From: Bacteroidota bacterium
GTDB taxonomy: Bacteria; Bacteroidota; Ignavibacteria; Kapaibacteriales; UBA2268
Direction: 5' to 3'
NCBI GenBank assembly: GCA_021824625.1
Contig: JAKAKE010000084.1
Coordinates: 1-59,967, forward strand
DNA: 59,967 nt
Made by a program: the position numbers and the translations under genes. Position 1 is the first letter of the stretch. Every line of letters begins with the position of its first letter. The notes under the pieces were generated by a model, which had not been told where the DNA came from, ran no database searches, and saw nothing but the letters and a program-made list of their open reading frames with translations. Below are positions 9,597 through 18,252 of the stretch, in pieces.

Positions 9597-10190
9597 TGCA
9601 ATCCATTTTTCAAATTCCTTTTTGGTCAATACATGAATCTTTGAATACATAAGTGAGTGCCTCAATCCGCAGTACTCCGCACATGCAATAATATAGGTCC
9701 CTGTTTTCTCCGGATGTATAACCATATAATTCTGCCTGCCGAAAATCACATCCTCTTTGATGCGAAATGCAGGAATATACATGGAATGATTTACATCCAT
9801 CGAGTTTAACTCAAGTTTTATTGACCTGTTTGCAGGCACATAAAGCTCATTGGATTTCTTTCCGTTATTATATTCAAACTCCCAAGCCCACATCCTTGCT
9901 ATTACCTTTACTGTCATCGCTCCTTTGGGTACTACACGTGATTCATGAAACACTGCATAGCCAAAGTAAAACATGAACAGCACAAGTATTGTCGGAATAA
10001 CAATCCACAATATTTCGAGTGTGTTATTACTCTCGATTTGTGATGCTTTCGGATTTCTTTTCTTGTTGTACCTTATAACAAAATATATCATAGCAGTAGT
10101 TACTCCCAGAAGAAGGAGAACAGAAATACCTACAATCAACAGCATAACGCTGTCAACAGATTCTGCATATTTAGTAGCTTGGCCAAGCAT
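9588..10190 (-). CDS. ctaC: Cytochrome c oxidase subunit II (CuA domain, no fused cytochrome c)
   Basis: Two N-terminal TM helices, and the CuA ligands 'DVNHSMYIP' and 'CAEYCGLRHSLM' (C-x-E-x-C-x3-H-x2-M). At 200 aa it has no CxxCH. Confidence 0.9.
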   Translation of the reverse strand: MLGQATKYAESVDSVMLLIVGISVLLLLGVTTAMIYFVIRYNKKRNPKASQIESNNTLEILWIVIPTILVLFMFYFGYAVFHESRVVPKGAMTVKVIARMWAWEFEYNNGKKSNELYVPANRSIKLELNSMDVNHSMYIPAFRIKEDVIFGRQNYMVIHPEKTGTYIIACAEYCGLRHSLMYSKIHVLTKKEFEKWIAEF

Positions 10191-10201
10191 ATTTCACAAC
10201 C

Positions 10202-10513
10202 TCATCTAAAGAATACATCGAAAGCAGTTAATACAAACACAGACAGCAGAGTCATTAAAGCTATCGCTATAAAAACCCTGAAAATTTTATCCTCAAATTT
10301 TATGTGCATGAATATATTTATAACAAATGCGGATTTGACGGTAGCAATTAACAAAGCAACCGCTAAAGATATGTTCCCTAAATTAATTCCCGAAATGCTG
10401 ACGGTGGTTACTGTTAATCCGACCAATACAAGCCATATCAGGACATAAGTGCCATAGCCAACCGAATGTTCTTTTTCTGTATGTCCGGTATGTTCAGTAT
10501 TTTCATTATACAT
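10202..10513 (-). CDS. ctaF: Cytochrome c oxidase subunit IV family small membrane protein
   Basis: 103 aa with three hydrophobic helices. 'HSVGYGTYVLIWLVLVGLTVTTV' is typical of the prokaryotic CoxIV family. It sits between subunits III and II. Confidence 0.7.
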   Translation of the reverse strand: MYNENTEHTGHTEKEHSVGYGTYVLIWLVLVGLTVTTVSISGINLGNISLAVALLIATVKSAFVINIFMHIKFEDKIFRVFIAIALMTLLSVFVLTAFDVFFR

Positions 10514-10522
10514 CCATGCACC

Positions 10523-11164
10523 TCAGCGAATCAAATAAAACAAAGGGAATAAAAATATCCATATCAGGTCAACCAAATGCCAGTACAAACCTGCGTTCTC
10601 GAGCTTCACATAATTTGTAGGAGTTATAATGTTCCTCCATATAAATACAAACATGAAAATCAGTATTGTCATACCGGCAATGACATGGATGGCATGCAGC
10701 CCAGTCATTGCATAATACATTCCGTAGAAAAGATACTCGCCTCTTGGTTTATCGAGCAGCACATCCGAACGGGGATATAAACCATGCTCGAATTTTGCAG
10801 ACCATTCAAAATATTTATTAACCAAAAAACCGATAGCAAGAATTTTTGTCGAAGCAAGCAGAAACAGGGACAATCCTTTTCTGCTTCTCTGCATAGCGGC
10901 AATAGAAAGAGCCATCGTCAAACTGCTTGTAAGCAGAATGATTGTATTGAAAGTTCCAATACCTACATTCAGCTCTCTTGCCGCAATGTGGAACTCATGT
11001 GAATACTCGAGACGGTAAGCCATGTATAAAAGGAACAAACCTCCGAAAAGTAAAATTTCAGTAAACAGAAAAAGCCACATTCCCATCTTTGCTCCGAAAT
11101 CGTCGCGATGGACATGCTCCTCTTGTAAATTCTCAGCATGGTTTTTTATAACTGTATCGCTCAC
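10523..11164 (-). CDS. ctaE: Cytochrome c oxidase subunit III
   Basis: 213-aa multi-TM protein ending 'GLYWHLVDLIWIFLFPLFYL', the conserved WH.VD..W motif. The start overlaps the subunit I stop. Confidence 0.85.
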   Translation of the reverse strand: MSDTVIKNHAENLQEEHVHRDDFGAKMGMWLFLFTEILLFGGLFLLYMAYRLEYSHEFHIAARELNVGIGTFNTIILLTSSLTMALSIAAMQRSRKGLSLFLLASTKILAIGFLVNKYFEWSAKFEHGLYPRSDVLLDKPRGEYLFYGMYYAMTGLHAIHVIAGMTILIFMFVFIWRNIITPTNYVKLENAGLYWHLVDLIWIFLFPLFYLIR

Positions 11165-12786
11165 TTTTCCTCCTCTTCTCCGTAATAATATGGCCCATGT
11201 GTTATTACAGGTATCTCATCAAAATTATGAACAGGCGGCGGCGATGGTATTGTCCACTCGAGAGTCTTTCCACCCCATGGATTAGCACTTGCACTCGTCC
11301 CTTTTTTCATGGCTCTGTGAAGATTTCCAAACATCAGTAAAATACCGGCAATAAGTATCCACGAACCGACAGTTGAAATTACTTGCAAAGTCTGAAACTG
11401 AGGAAGATAATCCCAATATCTTCTCGGCATGCCTTCATATCCAAGAATGAACATTGTGAAATACAACATGTTGAATCCGACAAAAATCAGTCCCACAGAC
11501 CATTTCGCGACCTTTTCATTAAACATCCTGCCGAACATTTTTGGGAACCAATAATGAAGTGCCGCAAAGAAAATCATTACAGTACCCCCGAACATCACAT
11601 AATGAAAATGAGCGACTACGAAATAAGTATCATGGACATGAACATTAGTTGCTAATGAGCCAAGAACTAATCCTGTCAATCCTCCAATTGAGAACAAAAA
11701 TATGAACATCATGACAAACAACAATGGGACGCCGGGTGTGATTGAACCTTTATATAATGTCGCAACCCAATTAAACACTTTCACGCCGCTTGGTATTGCC
11801 ACTAAAAATGTCAGTAATGAAAATATAAAGCGTGAAACATCGCTTATTCCCGTTGTAAACATATGGTGAGCCCATACAAAATAACCTATAAAAGCTATTG
11901 CGAGGCTGGAATATGCTATTGCTTTATATCCGAATATTGTTCTTTTTGCGAATGTAGGTATTATCTCTGAAACCGCTCCCATAGCCGGCAAAATCATTAT
12001 ATAAACTGCCGGGTGCGAGTAAATCCAGAACAAATGCTGAAAGAGAAGCGGGTCGCCTCCCAAAGAAGGGTCAAATATTCCAAGAGAAAATGCCCTTTCA
12101 ACGATAACGAGAATTATTGTTATTCCTACGACAGGTGTTGCAATCACCTGTACCCATGCCGTCGAATAAATTGCCCATACGAACAATGGCATTTTGAAAA
12201 ATGTCATCCCGGGTGCTCTCAGCCTGTGCACGGTTGTTACGAAATTTATTCCTGTAAGTATCGAAGAGAAGCCGAGAATAAAAGCAGCGAACAATGGCAG
12301 TGATACATTAGTGCCTGTCCTAAGGCTGTAAGGCACATAAAATGTCCAGCCTGTGTCAATCGGCCCTCCCTGTAGAAAGAGAGAGACAATTGCAAATATA
12401 CCTCCGATAACATATAACCACCATGATAACAAGTTCAACCGTGGAAATGCTACATCCCTGGCACCGATTTGAAGCGGAAGCATGAAATTACCGAATACGG
12501 CGGGTAATCCCGGAATGATAAATAAAAATATCATTATGATGCCGTGCAGCGTAAAGAATGTATTATATGTCTGTGCATCGAACAGTGTTTTACCCGGTGT
12601 AAGCATCTCAAGTTTCATCAGGAAACCGAAAGTAATTCCCACAAGCAAAAAACAAAGCATACCTGCCAGGTACATTATGCCGATTCTCTTATGGTCTGTG
12701 GAAAGTATCCACTTGAAGATTCCTTTGTGCTTGCTCTCTGCCTGCAGAAAGCTTATATATGGCTTTGATTCAATATTTTCACTCAT
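11161..12786 (-). CDS. ctaD: Cytochrome c oxidase subunit I (heme-copper oxidase, A-type)
   Basis: 'FWIYSHPAVYIMILPAMG', 'FVWAHHMFTTG' and 'VAHFHYVMFGG' carry the canonical CuB and heme ligand histidines. 541 aa. Confidence 0.95.
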   Translation of the reverse strand: MSENIESKPYISFLQAESKHKGIFKWILSTDHKRIGIMYLAGMLCFLLVGITFGFLMKLEMLTPGKTLFDAQTYNTFFTLHGIIMIFLFIIPGLPAVFGNFMLPLQIGARDVAFPRLNLLSWWLYVIGGIFAIVSLFLQGGPIDTGWTFYVPYSLRTGTNVSLPLFAAFILGFSSILTGINFVTTVHRLRAPGMTFFKMPLFVWAIYSTAWVQVIATPVVGITIILVIVERAFSLGIFDPSLGGDPLLFQHLFWIYSHPAVYIMILPAMGAVSEIIPTFAKRTIFGYKAIAYSSLAIAFIGYFVWAHHMFTTGISDVSRFIFSLLTFLVAIPSGVKVFNWVATLYKGSITPGVPLLFVMMFIFLFSIGGLTGLVLGSLATNVHVHDTYFVVAHFHYVMFGGTVMIFFAALHYWFPKMFGRMFNEKVAKWSVGLIFVGFNMLYFTMFILGYEGMPRRYWDYLPQFQTLQVISTVGSWILIAGILLMFGNLHRAMKKGTSASANPWGGKTLEWTIPSPPPVHNFDEIPVITHGPYYYGEEEEK

Positions 12787-13574
12787 TTTTTCTGACCTGC
12801 GATATTATTTTTTCTGCCTTTTATTAATAAAATTGATAAAAATACAATCACAAACAAAAGAAGAATTCCACCTGCTACTTTGGTGAAATTAAAAACATAT
12901 TTTTTCCCATCGGAATCGTAGCTGTAACAGAATTGCAGGACTTTGTTAATCGTCGGTGACGATTTCCCCCCATTTGCCTCAAGCAGAGCCATTTTCAAGT
13001 CGAAAGGTAAAAATGTGGTGCCGAATAAATATCTGGAAATTATTCCCTTCGGTGATATAACAATGACAGTAGAAGCATGAATAAAATCATCTGCTGTATC
13101 CCTCTTGAAATAAAATCCAACGGCATCTGTTAGAGTCCTGATACTTGCACTATCTCCAACCATAAACCGCCATGAATCATTTGGAATCTTTTTCTCCAAA
13201 CCTGCGAGATAATTATTTTTCCATTTGTAGGCATCAGCCGCAGTTTCGTTTTGGTCAAAACTAATAGTTATAACCTGGTAATCCTTACCTGCTGCCATAT
13301 CCATTTTATCAATTGTCTCGCTCAGTCCGTTCAGAAGCGGGGTGCATATATTCGGACAATGATAATAAACGAGTGCAAGAACTGTTGGTTTGTTTATTAT
13401 AGAACCAAGGCTCGCAGTATCACCCGATGAATTAACGAACCTGAGGTTTAACGGAATCGTTTTCCCAAGCTGTTCCTCAAGTCCAACTTCCGGTTTTCTC
13501 CTGTTCTCAGAATAAGAGTTTACAATACATGCAAACAAGAAAGCAAAGAGCAATATTAAATATTTCAAATTCAT
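12783..13574 (-). CDS. SCO1/SenC family copper chaperone (thioredoxin-like)
   Basis: Signal or anchor sequence, the CxxxC motif in 'YYHCPNICTPLL' and a downstream 'FIHASTVIVISPKG' His region. A C-terminal TM helix is also present. Confidence 0.8.
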   Translation of the reverse strand: MNLKYLILLFAFLFACIVNSYSENRRKPEVGLEEQLGKTIPLNLRFVNSSGDTASLGSIINKPTVLALVYYHCPNICTPLLNGLSETIDKMDMAAGKDYQVITISFDQNETAADAYKWKNNYLAGLEKKIPNDSWRFMVGDSASIRTLTDAVGFYFKRDTADDFIHASTVIVISPKGIISRYLFGTTFLPFDLKMALLEANGGKSSPTINKVLQFCYSYDSDGKKYVFNFTKVAGGILLLFVIVFLSILLIKGRKNNIAGQKK

Positions 13575-13583
13575 ATTATTAAT

Positions 13584-14522
13584 TCAAATTGTTTGATTTA
13601 TTTTAATTAATCCCAATAAATAATTATATAAAATTGACAATTCGTCATTGGACAACAGCAATACATCAGCCCTGAACCCGCTCTGTCTGTTAGTAGAAAC
13701 AAAATTTAAAAATTCGTTTATACCTGTTCTCCAGATATGCGATTTCAATAAAGTTGAAACAACGGTTTTCTTATTCACAACCGCCTTATTGAAAACATTG
13801 TATCCTGTTTCAGACGGATTATTATCAATATGTTCGATGATTTTTTTCACAATATCAATTTCCGGTTTCGATTCTTCTTCCAATTTTACAAGCGCCATGC
13901 TAACTGGAATCTGAGAGGGGACCTTTTTCCCGGCAGAGAGGCTGTAAGTCTGGTCCATATCTTTAATTTCACTTTCAGTCGGAGCAGGAAGACCTGGAGC
14001 AATAATTCTCATATAATGCATAATATTCAGCCTGTCCCCGACAGGAAGAAAATCATATGAAGTCATACCTGTTTTGGGAATTCCATCCTGCAGGGTTTTG
14101 AAAATTTGTGAAAAGCTGTTCCCGTTTTTCCATCCTTCGGAGGAATGATAATTTCTCGGTTTTGGCACTAAAGCCAAGCCGCCGGGACCGTCTCCGTTCC
14201 CTTTTTCACCATGACAGACCGAACAATTTGCAATATAAAGTTCCTTGCCTTTTTGAATCTGCTTTTCAGTCGGCTTGCTGATTGAAGCTAAATCAATTCC
14301 TGTTGACACTTCACCCTTAACAGGTGTTAAATCTTCGACTACAGTGGTGGTGTCCTTCAGAGCAGGCGGAATCTCGTTTGTATAAATAACATCGAGCTTA
14401 TGAATATAGATAAGCCCGATGATAACAAATGCTGTTATAAAATATGGATATACGATGCCAAACCACCTGACAGGTGTTTTCAGCACATTCCTGAAGTTTA
14501 TTTCTATTTCTCTTTTATTCAT
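13584..14522 (-). CDS. Membrane-anchored monoheme cytochrome c with an extra C-terminal domain of about 130 aa
   Basis: One N-terminal TM helix. 'CSVCHGEKGNGDGPGGLALVPKPRNY' is a class I cytochrome c motif. I do not recognise the C-terminal third. Confidence 0.7.
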   Translation of the reverse strand: MNKREIEINFRNVLKTPVRWFGIVYPYFITAFVIIGLIYIHKLDVIYTNEIPPALKDTTTVVEDLTPVKGEVSTGIDLASISKPTEKQIQKGKELYIANCSVCHGEKGNGDGPGGLALVPKPRNYHSSEGWKNGNSFSQIFKTLQDGIPKTGMTSYDFLPVGDRLNIMHYMRIIAPGLPAPTESEIKDMDQTYSLSAGKKVPSQIPVSMALVKLEEESKPEIDIVKKIIEHIDNNPSETGYNVFNKAVVNKKTVVSTLLKSHIWRTGINEFLNFVSTNRQSGFRADVLLLSNDELSILYNYLLGLIKINQTI

Positions 14523-14558
14523 ATCCTGCTTATGTATTTCCTTTTTTTCAAATCAACA

Positions 14559-15749
14559 TTACAAATGAAACTCTATGCTTCGTTTCAGTCTGGGGTCGCC
14601 TATCGGCAATAGGTTCGTATTTTTTGCCCTAATTGTAAAAATTAAAATAATTATACCGGCACAAAGTATGGGATAACCAAGTTCATTCCAGCTAAATGCG
14701 ATTCCCGATTTGCTGTAATTCGGCATAACGAGCCAGTACAAATCATAATAATGACTGAACAGTATCCAGATTGCCGCAATCTTCAATCTCTTTGGGTCTT
14801 TTTTAGACGGCTGAGTTAAAAGTAAAGCATAAGGAACGACAAACCTGAAAATAATCAATCCAAGTGTTATAAATTTCCAGCTTCCTTCCCATCTGTTGAT
14901 GAACCAGTATGTTTCTTCCGGTAAATTAGCATACCAAATCAAAAGGAACTGGCTGAAAGCAATATATGCCCAAAAGTTTGTGAATGCGAACATCAAAGCA
15001 CCGAGGCTGTAATAATGGTCACTTTTTATTTTCACTCCGAACATATCCAAATCGGCTAACCTGACAACGGCAAAAGTTGTTGCGGCAAGAGCCGCCATTA
15101 AGCTGCCCGAAAAATAATAAACACCGAAAATTGTTGAAAACCAGTGGGGTTCGAGGCTCATAAGCCAGTCAACAGCAACTATTGTTATTGTTATTCCGAA
15201 GAAAGGCATGAAGATTGCGGCAAAGATTGTATTCCTCTTTGTCTGGCTCTGCTCCATGGTTATGTCCTGCTTCTTTGAATTGCCTATAAATATAAAATAA
15301 AAGATGCCCCAAATAATGAAAATAACTGCCAGCCTCACAAAAAAGAATGTTTCATTCAGGTATGGAGATTTCCCCGCAAGTATAGTATCCTTTGCAACTA
15401 CATCCGCTTGTGACCAATGAAATACGCTGTGCATATTCAACAAAAAAGGCAGGGCAAGAATCGGTACGATAAAAATTACTGCACTTAAAAATTCGGTTAT
15501 TCTCCTGAATACAACACTCCAAACCGCACCTGCGAGATATTCCAAAGCTATAAGAAATAGTGAAGCAACTCCGATACTAAGTACAAATGTAGACCCGATT
15601 ATGCTGTTATATGCAGTCCTTTCGGGATTTGTTATATATGAAACTATTACAATAATCAAACCTAAGACTGTAAATGCCAAACCTGCATATTTTGCCTTGA
15701 CGGGTAATTCTTTTTTCTGATAATCCAATGTGAAGCCTGTATCGCTCAT
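14559..15749 (-). CDS. actF: Alternative Complex III subunit ActF (NrfD-like integral membrane subunit)
   Basis: 396-aa polytopic membrane protein directly after ActD/E with an overlapping start and stop, which is the position of ActF in act operons. Confidence 0.75.
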   Translation of the reverse strand: MSDTGFTLDYQKKELPVKAKYAGLAFTVLGLIIVIVSYITNPERTAYNSIIGSTFVLSIGVASLFLIALEYLAGAVWSVVFRRITEFLSAVIFIVPILALPFLLNMHSVFHWSQADVVAKDTILAGKSPYLNETFFFVRLAVIFIIWGIFYFIFIGNSKKQDITMEQSQTKRNTIFAAIFMPFFGITITIVAVDWLMSLEPHWFSTIFGVYYFSGSLMAALAATTFAVVRLADLDMFGVKIKSDHYYSLGALMFAFTNFWAYIAFSQFLLIWYANLPEETYWFINRWEGSWKFITLGLIIFRFVVPYALLLTQPSKKDPKRLKIAAIWILFSHYYDLYWLVMPNYSKSGIAFSWNELGYPILCAGIIILIFTIRAKNTNLLPIGDPRLKRSIEFHL

Positions 15750-16882
15750 TTCAAATCATCCTCCTTAGCATTGACTGCCCTTTGTAAAGCCCTGACATAC
15801 AGCACAACAGCCCATCTCTCGTCAGGCGTCAACTGTTGAGAGTATGACGGCATTATGTTTTGCCCTTCTGTAATGACAGCGAAAATTCTTCCGTCGTGCC
15901 AATTTCTCACCTTATCGGAATGAAGGCTTGGCGGATTAGGAAACTGACCGTTGAGTCTTGCATCTCCCTTTGCAAAGCTGCCATGGCAGGGACTGCAATA
16001 TGTGTTAAATTTCTTTTTGCCGAGTGACAGAGTTCTTTCATCAGGAAAATATGGATTCACTAACTTTTCACCTGCTGTGTCGGGCTGCCCGGCGAATAAG
16101 TAAGGCATCGAGCCTCTTGCGACAGTTCCGGGAACAGGATTTCTCATTCCGAATCCGTCTTTAAAAATCTTGCTGTGGCTTTGAGGCATCACCCTGCTTT
16201 GCTCCATCATCCAGTTGAATGGGTCCATGTATAATAATTTATTCAATGTGAAATATGATGCACCGGAAATTACAATGGCAGTGAATATAAGAAAAACTAT
16301 GAATTTTGGTTCAAATATTTTTGGCTTTTTATCGAACTCTTCATCAAAATTAATTTCACTTATTTTCTTTGCACCAAGTTTTTCAAAAAGATTTTTCACT
16401 CTAACTACATCAAATAGTGAATCCTCGGCTTCAATACTTATTCCGAATTTGTCAAGCGATACGCTTTTCATGTAATCCGTATCATGCAAAGGATGGCTCA
16501 GGTTCGGAAATCTGAAATACAGAAATAACATTGTCAGGACTGTACCGACAGAAGCCAATAAAACTGTTACTTCAAAAGTAACCGGAATGAAAGCAGGGAA
16601 GGCAAAGAAGGGCTTGCCTCCGATCACGACAGGGTAGTCTTTTGACATAGTCCACCACATAAAGAATAATGCTCCGATTGCTCCCGTCAAACCCAGAACC
16701 AGTGCAAAATATCCGAGTTTCGATGGCGGAAGTTTCATTTTGATATCCAAACCATGCACAGGATAAGGTGTGTTTACATCATATTTTGTATATCCTTCCT
16801 TCTGCACAACTTCGACAGCCTGTACTATTTCATCAGGGGTATCGAACAAACCGGTAACTGAATATAAATTTCTATTGTCCAT
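15746..16882 (-). CDS. actDE: Fused ActD (DUF3341-like) and ActE (monoheme cytochrome c) subunit of Alternative Complex III
   Basis: The N-terminal half 'YSVTGLFDTPDEIVQAVEVVQKEGYTKYDVNTPYPVHGL' plus two TM helices is ActD-like. The C-terminal half has one CxxCH ('YCSPCHG') and 'IMPSYSQQLTPDERWAVVLYVRAL', which is ActE-like. It is a single uninterrupted 378-aa ORF. Confidence 0.75.
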   Translation of the reverse strand: MDNRNLYSVTGLFDTPDEIVQAVEVVQKEGYTKYDVNTPYPVHGLDIKMKLPPSKLGYFALVLGLTGAIGALFFMWWTMSKDYPVVIGGKPFFAFPAFIPVTFEVTVLLASVGTVLTMLFLYFRFPNLSHPLHDTDYMKSVSLDKFGISIEAEDSLFDVVRVKNLFEKLGAKKISEINFDEEFDKKPKIFEPKFIVFLIFTAIVISGASYFTLNKLLYMDPFNWMMEQSRVMPQSHSKIFKDGFGMRNPVPGTVARGSMPYLFAGQPDTAGEKLVNPYFPDERTLSLGKKKFNTYCSPCHGSFAKGDARLNGQFPNPPSLHSDKVRNWHDGRIFAVITEGQNIMPSYSQQLTPDERWAVVLYVRALQRAVNAKEDDLK

Positions 16883-18252
16883 TACTGAGCATCTCCATGA
16901 TGTGTTGGCTGTCCTCCTGTAATAACACTCTTAACTTCGGCAATCGAGACCACAGGCATTGTCTTGATAAATATTAGAATCCATGTAAAGAAAAATCCGA
17001 AACTGCCAATCAATATTCCTGTGTCAATTACCGTTGGTGTATAAAATCCCCAACTTGACGGCAGGTAATCCCGTGATAGTGAAGTAACTATAATAACAAA
17101 TCTTTCGAACCACATTCCGACATTGACCAGCACTCCGATTGTAAACATTAAGGGAATCGAGCGGCGGATTTTCTTAATCCAGAACAATTGAGGGAAGAGC
17201 ACATTACAGCTTACCATTGTCCAGTATGCCCAGGCATAATCACCGAATGCACGGTTCACAAATGTGAACACTTCGATAGGGCTGCCGCTGTACCATGCTA
17301 TGAAAAATTCCATTGCATAAGCATAGCCGACCATCGAGCCTGTAACAATAATAATCTTGTTCATCTTCTCGAGTGTGTCGAGAGTTATGATATGCTCATA
17401 ATTGAAAATTTTCCTGACAAATATCAGAACGTTCTGCACCATCGCAAATCCAGAGAACACAGCACCTGCAACGAAATATGGCGGAAATATAGTCGTGTGC
17501 CACCCGGGAAGAATGGACACAGCAAAGTCGAAGCTGACAATTGTATGCACTGACAACACAAGCGGTGTGGCAAAACCGGCAAGAACCAGGTACACCATTT
17601 CGTAATGATGCCAATGCCTGTTAGAGTGCCTCCAGCCAAGGCTTACGATTGAATAAATAACTTTCTTGACTTTGTTAACTGTTTTATCTCTTAAGGTTGC
17701 AAAATCGGGGATTAATCCGACATACCAGAAAATAAACGACACTGTAAAGTATGTTGACACTGCAAACACATCCCACAATAAAGGGGATGTGAAATTAACC
17801 CAAAGTGCGTTTTGATTAGGATATGGGAATAACCACCCGTCTAACCAGGGCCTGCCAACGTGGATTAATGGGAATAATCCCGCTGTCATTACTGCAAAAA
17901 TAGTCATGCCTTCGGCGAACCGGGCTATGCCCGTTCTCCACTTTTGCCTGAATAAAAATAATATTGCGGATATTAATGTTCCTGCATGGCCGATACCCAC
18001 CCAAAAAACGAAGTTCACTATATCGAATGCCCAGCCTACGGGATTGTTGTTACCCCACATTCCTGTACCATAAATAAATGTCAACATAAGACAGGTTGCT
18101 CCGAAAAGCAGCAAGGAAACAGATATTGCCAAAGCAATATAGTATTTCTTATTAGGTCTTGTCTCGAGCGGCTTTGATATTACATCGGTAATCTCGGCAA
18201 ACGTGTTTTTACCTTCAATGACCGGCAGTTCCTGTGAATAATCAAAACTCAC
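16882..18252 (-). CDS. actC: Alternative Complex III subunit ActC (NrfD/PsrC-type quinol-interacting membrane subunit)
   Basis: 456-aa protein with 10 or more hydrophobic helices, placed immediately after ActB with overlapping junctions. Confidence 0.85.
   Translation of the reverse strand: MSFDYSQELPVIEGKNTFAEITDVISKPLETRPNKKYYIALAISVSLLLFGATCLMLTFIYGTGMWGNNNPVGWAFDIVNFVFWVGIGHAGTLISAILFLFRQKWRTGIARFAEGMTIFAVMTAGLFPLIHVGRPWLDGWLFPYPNQNALWVNFTSPLLWDVFAVSTYFTVSFIFWYVGLIPDFATLRDKTVNKVKKVIYSIVSLGWRHSNRHWHHYEMVYLVLAGFATPLVLSVHTIVSFDFAVSILPGWHTTIFPPYFVAGAVFSGFAMVQNVLIFVRKIFNYEHIITLDTLEKMNKIIIVTGSMVGYAYAMEFFIAWYSGSPIEVFTFVNRAFGDYAWAYWTMVSCNVLFPQLFWIKKIRRSIPLMFTIGVLVNVGMWFERFVIIVTSLSRDYLPSSWGFYTPTVIDTGILIGSFGFFFTWILIFIKTMPVVSIAEVKSVITGGQPTHHGDAQ

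Noticed and set aside
11383-12886. Several plus-strand ORFs (11383-11655, 12013-12303, 12482-12886, 12544-12768) antisense to coxI.
   Set aside because: coxI on the minus strand is unambiguous from its canonical heme and CuB ligand motifs. The antisense ORFs are Cys/Arg/Lys-rich nonsense typical of the reverse frames of membrane-protein genes.
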